A DNA stretch of 32,000 nt, from contig NC_000962.3 of NCBI RefSeq assembly GCF_000195955.2, positions 630,001 to 662,000 on the forward strand. The letters run 5' to 3'. Source of the DNA: Mycobacterium tuberculosis H37Rv. Its GTDB lineage: Bacteria; Actinomycetota; Actinomycetes; Mycobacteriales; Mycobacteriaceae. The position numbers and the translations under genes were made by a program. Positions 26,010 through 32,000 of the stretch are shown one piece after another; the first letter of the stretch is position 1; every line of letters starts with the position of its first letter. The notes beneath the pieces were generated by a model. That model was given only the letters and a program-made list of their open reading frames with translations. It did no database searches and was not told where the DNA came from.

Positions 26010-27470
26010 TCATGCCGCGCCGAACACCATTGCCTCCTCGATGCGGTCGAATCGGTAGTCGATGGCGTCGGCCAAGTAGTTCTGTCGTACATTCCACGGC
26101 CGCTTGGTGCCGGACTTGGGCAGCGCGTACGGCGCCCGCTTCACATAGCCGGCCTGAATGTCCCAGGACGGTTTCTCGTCCATCGGCTCGTCGCCCAGGT
26201 GCGGGGCGGCGCGCGTGTGTCCATGGGCGGCCATGTGTGCCAGTAGTTTTGCCGTCGCCCGGGCCGTCATGTCGGCGCGCAGCGTCCAGGACGCGTTCGT
26301 GTAACCCACACACCAGAACAGGTTGGGCACGTCTTCGAGCATGTGCGCCTTGTAGACAAAGCGATCCCGAGGGTCGATCTCGACGCCGTCGAGGCTGATC
26401 GCGGCCCCGCCAAGCGCTTGCAACTGCAGGCCGGTGGCGGTGACGATAATGTCCGCATCGAGGTGCCCACCGGATTTGAGTGCAATACCGGTGGCGTCGA
26501 AGTGGTCGATATGGTCGGTGACCACCTCGGCGCGGCCGCTGGTGATGGCGTTGTACAGGTCGGCGTCCGGGATCAGGCACAGTCGCTGATCCCACGGGTT
26601 GTACCGCGGCGTGAAGTGGGTTTCGATGTCGTAGCCCTCGGGCAGATTTTTGATCGCGGTACGGCGCAGCAGCCATTTCACGAACACCGGTGTCTTGCGG
26701 GACAAGAACCAGAACACCGCTTCCAATAACGCGTTGTACATTCGGACAATCAAGTGAGAAGTTTTGGGAGGCAACGCTTTACGAACAACGGCGGCGAACG
26801 TGCTGTATTTGGATGCCGAGATCAGGTAGGTCGGGGATCGCTGCAGCATGGTTACCTTTTCGGCCCGGTCGGTCAGCGAGGGGATCAGTGTGACCGCGGT
26901 GGCCCCGCTGCCGATCACCACGATCTTCTTGCCGGTGTAGTCCAGATCCTCTGGCCAGTGCTGGGGATGCACTACCGCGCCGCCAAACTTCTCGATGCCT
27001 CCGAAGTCGGGGGTGTAGCCCTCGTCATAGTTGTAGTAGCCGCTGCCGAAGAACACGAACCGGCTGCGGTAGTGCTTGTGCACGCCGTTCTGCTCGAAGG
27101 TGACGGTCCAGGTATCGGTGGATGAGTCCCAGTCCGCTGCGCGAACGTAGCTGTTGAACTCGATGTGGCGATCGATGCCGTACTTGTGGGCCATGTCGGT
27201 GAGGTACTCGCGGATGTGGGCGCCGTCGGCGATGCCTTCTTCGCGGGTCCACGGCTCGTAGGGAAACGACAGCGTGAAGATGCTGCTGTCGGAGCGCACG
27301 CCGGGGTAGCGGAACAGATCCCAGGTGCCGCCGATCCGCGCACGCCTTTCCAGGATGGTGTAGGTCAGCTGCGGGTTGCGTTCGATGATCCGGTAGGCCG
27401 CGCCCAGTCCGGAGATGCCGGCGCCGACGATGACGACGTCGACACAGCCGGCGTTTGGAGTCACGCTCAT
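26010..27470 (-). CDS. Flavin-dependent Baeyer-Villiger monooxygenase, EthA-like (Rv0565c-like)
   Basis: 486 codons. FAD motif VVIVGAGISGLGAAY, BVMO fingerprint FGGAVVHPQHWP, NADP motif VVIGSGATAV. GAGG lies 6 nt upstream of the ATG. Confidence 0.9.
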   Translation of the reverse strand: MSVTPNAGCVDVVIVGAGISGLGAAYRIIERNPQLTYTILERRARIGGTWDLFRYPGVRSDSSIFTLSFPYEPWTREEGIADGAHIREYLTDMAHKYGIDRHIEFNSYVRAADWDSSTDTWTVTFEQNGVHKHYRSRFVFFGSGYYNYDEGYTPDFGGIEKFGGAVVHPQHWPEDLDYTGKKIVVIGSGATAVTLIPSLTDRAEKVTMLQRSPTYLISASKYSTFAAVVRKALPPKTSHLIVRMYNALLEAVFWFLSRKTPVFVKWLLRRTAIKNLPEGYDIETHFTPRYNPWDQRLCLIPDADLYNAITSGRAEVVTDHIDHFDATGIALKSGGHLDADIIVTATGLQLQALGGAAISLDGVEIDPRDRFVYKAHMLEDVPNLFWCVGYTNASWTLRADMTARATAKLLAHMAAHGHTRAAPHLGDEPMDEKPSWDIQAGYVKRAPYALPKSGTKRPWNVRQNYLADAIDYRFDRIEEAMVFGAA

Positions 27471-27547
27471 CGTGAACCTCGCTTGAAATCCTGGATCAGC
27501 GACCAGGGTAGCCAGGACATCCAGCCAGCCCCTCCAGATCGCCGCGA

Positions 27548-28039
27548 CTAGCGGTAGTTCACAAACTGCAATGCCACATCCAGGTCGGCCTTCTTCAGCA
27601 TGGCGATGACGGCCTGCAGGTCGTCGCGCTTCTTGCTGGTGACCCGGACCTCGTCGCCCTGGATCTGGGTTTTGACGTTCTTGGGGCCTGCGTCGCGGAT
27701 GAGCTTGGTGATCTTCTTGGCGTTCTCGCTGCTAATGCCCTGTTTGAGGGCGCCGGTAACTTTGTACGTCTTACCCGAGGCCTGCGGTTCTCCGGCCTCG
27801 AAGGCCTTCAGCGAGATGTCGCGGCGGATCAGCTTCTCCTTGAAGACGTCGACGGCGGCCTTGACACGCTCCTCGGTGGACGAGGTGAGCTCGACGGCCT
27901 CGTCGCCCTTCCACGCGATCTTGGTGTCGGTGCCGCGGAAGTCGAAGCGCGTGGCCAGCTCCTTGGCGGCCTGGTTGAGTGCGTTGTCGACCTCCTGCCG
28001 GTCGACCTTGCTGACGATGTCGAACGATGAGTCCGCCAT
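27548..28039 (-). CDS. yajQ: YajQ-family (UPF0234) nucleotide-binding protein
   Basis: 163 codons with a strong SD (GAAGGAGGGA) upstream. Family-typical sequence [20 protein letters not shown] ... LQFVNYR. Confidence 0.9.
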
Positions 28040-28108
28040 TCGGTTCGTCCCTCCTTCGCGAGATAGCCGTGTGTGCTCTGTCTACCCGGTCGTTGTACCC
28101 TGCTAGGC

Positions 28109-28192
28109 GGCAGGTTGCCCGAGCGGCCAATGGGAGCGGACTGTAAATCCGTCGCGAAAGCTACGCAGGTTCGAATCCTGCACCTGCCACCA
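28109..28192 (+). tRNA. tyrT: tRNA-Tyr (anticodon GTA), type II with long variable arm, CCA encoded
   Basis: Acceptor stem GGCAGGT/ACCTGCC. Anticodon stem GCGGA/TCCGT with loop CTGTAAA (GTA at 28143-28145). T arm GCAGG-TTCGAAT-CCTGC. Discriminator A followed by CCA at 28190-28192. Confidence 0.95.
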
Positions 28193-28320
28193 CGGTCAAG
28201 CTGGTATCCGGGCATGGGCGCCGGGCATGGCCACGCCCGCGCGTTGGTGCCCCAACGTCGCCTACGGTCGGTAGACAGCGGCGCGACACCCGCACTCCAA
28301 CAATTTCGGGAGGTCAAGTG

Positions 28321-29340
28321 GTGGAGTTGAGCCCGGATCGGATCATGGCGATCGGCGGCGGGTACGGCCCGTCTAAGGTACTGCTTACCGCGGTCGGGCT
28401 TGGGCTGTTCACCGAACTTGGCGATGAGGCCATGACCGCCGAGGCCATTGCCGACCGCCTCGGGTTGCTAAAGCGACCGGCGATTGACTTCCTCGACGCC
28501 TTGGTCTCGCTGGACTTGCTGGCGCGAGACGGCGACGGACCCGGGTCCCACTACCGCAATACACCGGAGACAGCGCACTTTCTGGACGAGGCCCGTCCCA
28601 CCTACGCGGGCGGCCTGCTGAAGATCTGGAACGAACGCAACTACCGCTTCTGGGCGGATTTGACCGAGGCGCTCAAGACCGGGAAGGCACAAAGCGAGGT
28701 CAAGCAAACCGGGCGGCCCTTCTTCGAGGCGCTCTATGCAGATCCTCGGCGGCTCGAGGCGTTCATGGCGGCTATGGACGCGGCGTCGCGACGCAACATC
28801 GAGCTCCTCGCGAAACGCTTTCCGTTCGAGCGCTACCGGCGTCTCTGTGACGTGGGCTGCGCGGACGGTCTGTTGTCACGAATCGTCGCGGCGGCTCACC
28901 CGCACTTGCAGTGCGTCAGCTTCGACTTGCCCGCGGTGACCGAGATCGCTCGACGCAAGCTGACAGCCGAGGGTTTGGGTGAGCGGGTGCAGGCGTGCGC
29001 CGGTGACTTTTTGGCCGACCCTCTGCCGGCGGCCGATGTCATCACGATGGGCCAGATTCTGCACGACTGGAACCTCGACCGTAAACAGCAGTTGGTCGCT
29101 AAGGCCTACGAGGCCCTGTCCAAGGAGGGGGCTTTCATTGTGATCGAGACATTGATCGACGACGCGCGACGCGAAAACACAACCGGCCTGATGATGTCAC
29201 TGAACATGCTTATCGAGTTCGGTGACGCGTTCGACTACTCCGCCGCCGACTTCCGGGGGTGGTGTGGCGAGGCGGGATTCCGTTCGTTCGAGGTGATCCC
29301 GCTTGCCGGCGGCTCCAGCGCGGCGGTGGCCTATAAATAG
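28321..29340 (+). CDS. Class I SAM-dependent O-methyltransferase (family 2, with N-terminal dimerisation domain; Rv0567-like)
   Basis: GGGAGG at 28308-28313 lies 7 nt before GTG 28321, and GTG 28318 is one codon upstream. SAM motif LCDVGCADG. 339 codons. Confidence 0.9.
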   Translation: MELSPDRIMAIGGGYGPSKVLLTAVGLGLFTELGDEAMTAEAIADRLGLLKRPAIDFLDALVSLDLLARDGDGPGSHYRNTPETAHFLDEARPTYAGGLLKIWNERNYRFWADLTEALKTGKAQSEVKQTGRPFFEALYADPRRLEAFMAAMDAASRRNIELLAKRFPFERYRRLCDVGCADGLLSRIVAAAHPHLQCVSFDLPAVTEIARRKLTAEGLGERVQACAGDFLADPLPAADVITMGQILHDWNLDRKQQLVAKAYEALSKEGAFIVIETLIDDARRENTTGLMMSLNMLIEFGDAFDYSAADFRGWCGEAGFRSFEVIPLAGGSSAAVAYK

Positions 29341-29370
29341 TGGGCAATGACATGGTGGGTGGCCGACCAA

Positions 29371-29406
29371 CGTGAACTGAGGACGGCAAATCGGCCTCAG
29401 TTCACG
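29371..29406. terminator. Perfect 12-bp inverted repeat (CGTGAACTGAGG-N12-CCTCAGTTCACG): a terminator of the O-methyltransferase gene or an operator for cyp135B1
   Basis: Arms at 29371-29382 and 29395-29406 are exact reverse complements. The repeat lies 31 nt after the upstream stop and 44 nt before the P450 start. Confidence 0.35.
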
Positions 29407-29436
29407 CTCGGCGCTTTGAGCAACAAATTGAACACA

Positions 29437-29442
29437 TAGAAT
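29437..29442 (+). promoter_or_regulatory. Candidate -10 element (TAGAAT) for a leaderless cyp135B1 transcript
   Basis: TAGAAT is followed by 7 nt (cgtgtcg) and then ATG 29450. There is no SD. TTGAGC at 29416-29421 is a weak -35 with a 15-nt spacer. Confidence 0.4.
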
Positions 29443-29449
29443 CGTGTCG

Positions 29450-30868
29450 ATGAGCGGCACATCGTCGATGGGATTGCCGCCGGGACCTCGACTTTCCGGC
29501 TCGGTGCAGGCCGTGTTGATGTTGCGCCATGGGCTGCGTTTTTTGACGGCCTGTCAACGCCGTTACGGCAGTGTTTTCACGCTGCATGTCGCGGGGTTCG
29601 GCCACATGGTGTATCTGTCCGATCCGGCCGCCATCAAGACAGTGTTTGCCGGCAACCCGAGTGTCTTTCACGCCGGCGAAGCCAACTCGATGTTGGCCGG
29701 ACTGCTCGGCGACAGCTCACTGCTGTTGATCGACGACGACGTGCACCGCGACCGGCGTCGCCTGATGTCGCCGCCGTTCCATCGCGACGCGGTCGCGCGC
29801 CAGGCCGGGCCGATAGCCGAGATTGCCGCCGCCAACATCGCCGGGTGGCCGATGGCTAAGGCGTTCGCGGTGGCGCCCAAGATGTCTGAGATCACCCTTG
29901 AGGTGATCCTGCGGACCGTCATAGGCGCCAGCGATCCGGTCCGGCTCGCCGCGCTGCGCAAGGTCATGCCGCGGCTGCTCAACGTGGGCCCGTGGGCGAC
30001 GCTCGCACTGGCCAACCCGAGCCTGCTGAACAATCGGCTCTGGAGCAGGCTGCGACGGCGGATCGAAGAAGCCGACGCCCTGCTGTACGCCGAGATCGCC
30101 GACCGCCGAGCCGATCCCGATCTGGCCGCACGCACCGACACGCTGGCCATGCTGGTTCGGGCCGCCGACGAAGACGGACGGACGATGACCGAGCGCGAGC
30201 TGCGCGACCAGCTGATAACGTTGCTGGTCGCAGGTCACGACACCACCGCGACGGGACTGTCGTGGGCACTGGAGCGGTTGACCCGCCACCCGGTCACCCT
30301 GGCCAAGGCCGTGCAAGCGGCCGACGCCAGCGCGGCCGGCGATCCAGCCGGCGACGAGTACCTGGACGCGGTGGCCAAAGAGACACTGCGGATCCGCCCG
30401 GTGGTGTACGACGTGGGCCGGGTCCTCACCGAGGCGGTGGAGGTGGCCGGTTACCGGCTGCCGGCCGGGGTCATGGTGGTCCCAGCGATCGGGCTGGTGC
30501 ACGCGAGCGCGCAACTGTATCCGGATCCGGAACGGTTCGACCCTGATCGGATGGTTGGCGCCACTTTGAGCCCGACCACCTGGTTGCCGTTCGGCGGCGG
30601 CAACCGCCGCTGCCTCGGCGCCACCTTTGCCATGGTCGAGATGCGGGTCGTCCTTCGGGAGATCCTGCGCCGCGTCGAGTTGAGCACCACCACGACCTCC
30701 GGCGAACGGCCGAAGCTAAAGCACGTCATCATGGTGCCGCACCGCGGCGCGCGCATCCGCGTCCGGGCAACCAGGGACGTTTCGGCCACGTCGCAAGCGA
30801 CAGCCCAGGGTGCCGGATGCCCAGCCGCTCGCGGTGGCGGGCCGTCCAGAGCCGTCGGCAGCCAGTGA
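29450..30868 (+). CDS. cyp135B1: Cytochrome P450
   Basis: 472 codons from ATG 29450. I-helix AGHDTT, ExxR motif (ETLRIRP), and heme-thiolate loop FGGGNRRCLGATFA. Confidence 0.95.
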   Translation: MSGTSSMGLPPGPRLSGSVQAVLMLRHGLRFLTACQRRYGSVFTLHVAGFGHMVYLSDPAAIKTVFAGNPSVFHAGEANSMLAGLLGDSSLLLIDDDVHRDRRRLMSPPFHRDAVARQAGPIAEIAAANIAGWPMAKAFAVAPKMSEITLEVILRTVIGASDPVRLAALRKVMPRLLNVGPWATLALANPSLLNNRLWSRLRRRIEEADALLYAEIADRRADPDLAARTDTLAMLVRAADEDGRTMTERELRDQLITLLVAGHDTTATGLSWALERLTRHPVTLAKAVQAADASAAGDPAGDEYLDAVAKETLRIRPVVYDVGRVLTEAVEVAGYRLPAGVMVVPAIGLVHASAQLYPDPERFDPDRMVGATLSPTTWLPFGGGNRRCLGATFAMVEMRVVLREILRRVELSTTTTSGERPKLKHVIMVPHRGARIRVRATRDVSATSQATAQGAGCPAARGGGPSRAVGSQ

Positions 30869-30900
30869 CCAGCTGGGGTATCCGCATGGGGTCGCCCAGC

Positions 30901-30998
30901 GGGTCCCGAGGGGACTTTTGGCCACCGGCGCTGGTGGCCTACTGCCCTCCCGCCGTTGCGCCGGGTGCGTGCACGATTGAAGTCCCCAAGGAAGGGAC
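30901..30998 (+). promoter_or_regulatory. Cluster of DosR/DevR-box-like pentamers upstream of Rv0569
   Basis: GTCCC at 30903-30907, GGGAC at 30911-30915 (in GGGGACTTTTGGCCA), AAGTCCCCAA at 30980-30989, and GGGAC at 30994-30998. The 20-mers at 30908-30927 and 30970-30989 match the remembered consensus TTSGGGACTWWAGTCCCSAA at 13/20 and 15/20 positions. Confidence 0.35.
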
Positions 30999-31002
30999 GC
31001 TC

Positions 31003-31269
31003 ATGAAGGCAAAGGTCGGGGACTGGCTGGTGATCAAAGGCGCGACGATAGATCAACCGGACCACCGAGGGTTGATTATTGAGGTGCGCTCATCCGATGG
31101 TTCGCCGCCGTATGTGGTGCGCTGGCTCGAGACCGACCATGTGGCGACGGTGATTCCGGGTCCGGATGCGGTCGTGGTCACTGCGGAGGAGCAGAATGCG
31201 GCCGACGAGCGGGCGCAGCATCGGTTCGGCGCGGTTCAGTCGGCGATCCTCCATGCCAGGGGAACGTAG
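31003..31269 (+). CDS. DUF1918-family small protein (Rv0569-like, hypoxia/DosR regulon member as I recall)
   Basis: 88 codons from ATG 31003 with AAGGAAGGGA upstream. Sequence MKAKVGDWLVIKGATIDQPDHRGLIIEV. Confidence 0.85.
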   Translation: MKAKVGDWLVIKGATIDQPDHRGLIIEVRSSDGSPPYVVRWLETDHVATVIPGPDAVVVTAEEQNAADERAQHRFGAVQSAILHARGT

Positions 31270-31294
31270 GCGATTCGCTCAAGCGACGAAGTCG

Positions 31295-32000
31295 GTGGGT
31301 GTCAGCTGGCCGGCGAAAGTCCGGCGCCGGGATGGAACGCTGGTGCCGTTCGACATCGCGCGGATCGAAGCAGCGGTGACGCGGGCAGCGCGCGAGGTGG
31401 CTTGCGACGACCCCGATATGCCGGGCACCGTAGCGAAAGCCGTCGCCGACGCACTCGGGCGCGGTATCGCTCCCGTTGAGGACATTCAGGACTGCGTGGA
31501 GGCCCGGCTGGGGGAAGCCGGTCTGGATGACGTGGCCCGTGTTTACATCATCTACCGGCAGCGGCGCGCCGAGCTGCGGACGGCTAAGGCCTTGCTCGGC
31601 GTGCGGGACGAGTTAAAGCTGAGCTTGGCGGCCGTGACGGTACTGCGCGAGCGCTATCTGCTGCACGACGAGCAGGGCCGGCCGGCCGAGTCGACCGGCG
31701 AGCTGATGGACCGATCGGCGCGCTGTGTCGCGGCGGCCGAGGACCAGTATGAGCCGGGCTCGTCGAGGCGGTGGGCCGAGCGGTTCGCCACGCTATTACG
31801 CAACCTGGAATTCCTGCCGAATTCGCCCACGTTGATGAACTCTGGCACCGACCTGGGACTGCTCGCCGGCTGTTTTGTTCTGCCGATTGAGGATTCGCTG
31901 CAATCGATCTTTGCGACGCTGGGACAGGCCGCCGAGCTGCAGCGGGCTGGAGGCGGCACCGGATATGCGTTCAGCCACCTGCGACCCGCCGGGGATCGGG
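31295..32000 (+). CDS. nrdZ: Class II (adenosylcobalamin-dependent) ribonucleotide reductase, 5' part only, continues beyond the window
   Basis: Absent from the supplied ORF track because no stop falls inside the window. My translation from GTG 31295 gives VGVSWPAKVRRRDGTLVPFDIARIEAAV (ATP-cone) ... LEFLPNSPTLMNSGT ... CFVLPIEDSL ... GGGTGYAFSHLRP. The frame is open for all 235 codons. Confidence 0.85.
   Translation, partial: MGVSWPAKVRRRDGTLVPFDIARIEAAVTRAAREVACDDPDMPGTVAKAVADALGRGIAPVEDIQDCVEARLGEAGLDDVARVYIIYRQRRAELRTAKALLGVRDELKLSLAAVTVLRERYLLHDEQGRPAESTGELMDRSARCVAAAEDQYEPGSSRRWAERFATLLRNLEFLPNSPTLMNSGTDLGLLAGCFVLPIEDSLQSIFATLGQAAELQRAGGGTGYAFSHLRPAGDR

Noticed and set aside
24657-26246. 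Plus-strand ORFs 24657-25445 (262 aa) and 25461-26246 (261 aa) antisense to gpdA1 and the BVMO gene, and minus-strand ORF 25795-26676 in an alternative frame
   Set aside because: They have no motifs, low-complexity Arg/Gly/His-rich sequence, and overlap CDSs that carry unambiguous Rossmann and BVMO signatures.
28109-29443. Integrative element at tRNA-Tyr
   Set aside because: By eye I found no integrase or recombinase gene, no second copy of the tRNA 3' segment (TTCGAATCCTGCACCTGCCACCA) downstream, and no obvious GC shift. I kept only a low-key accessory-pair hypothesis.
31270-31294. Cobalamin riboswitch or other leader element upstream of the B12-dependent nrdZ
   Set aside because: Only 25 nt separate the Rv0569 stop from the nrdZ GTG, which is far too short for a riboswitch. 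nrdZ is more likely co-transcribed with Rv0569.

Overview
High-GC (~65%) actinobacterial core chromosome. From memory of the gene order and protein sequences (no search was possible) I recognise it as the Mycobacterium tuberculosis complex segment Rv0538-Rv0570, the dispersed menaquinone locus. I call 36 CDSs (the last, nrdZ, runs off the window end) and one tRNA-Tyr. Six men genes are present: menE, menB, menC, menD, the demethylmenaquinone methyltransferase and menJ, plus the polyprenyl-PP synthase grcC1. They are interleaved with unrelated genes: pitA, a VapBC toxin-antitoxin pair, fadD8, htpX, gpdA1, a Baeyer-Villiger monooxygenase, yajQ, an O-methyltransferase/P450 pair and the hypoxia-regulon pair Rv0569-nrdZ. 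I found no IS element, prophage, CRISPR array, rRNA or recognisable defence island, so most of this window is ordinary, well-annotated core genome. The best candidate for an undescribed system is the first 4.4 kb: a Pro/Thr-repeat membrane protein, a translationally coupled GT2/DUF2064 transferase pair, and a convergent polytopic membrane protein that follows menE on the same strand with an 11-nt gap. Other points worth a second look are start-codon and promoter re-readings visible in the sequence. These include a TTGACA-17-TATATA promoter plus perfect palindrome inside the long Rv0560c ORF, overlapping back-to-back -10 boxes in the 15-bp menJ/grcC1 gap, and a shorter VapB3. Further items are two competing fadD8 starts, an open start-less extension upstream of menE, chains of GTGA overlaps tying an amidohydrolase and an alpha/beta hydrolase to menC, a perfect 12-bp inverted repeat before cyp135B1, and DosR-box-like pentamers upstream of Rv0569.
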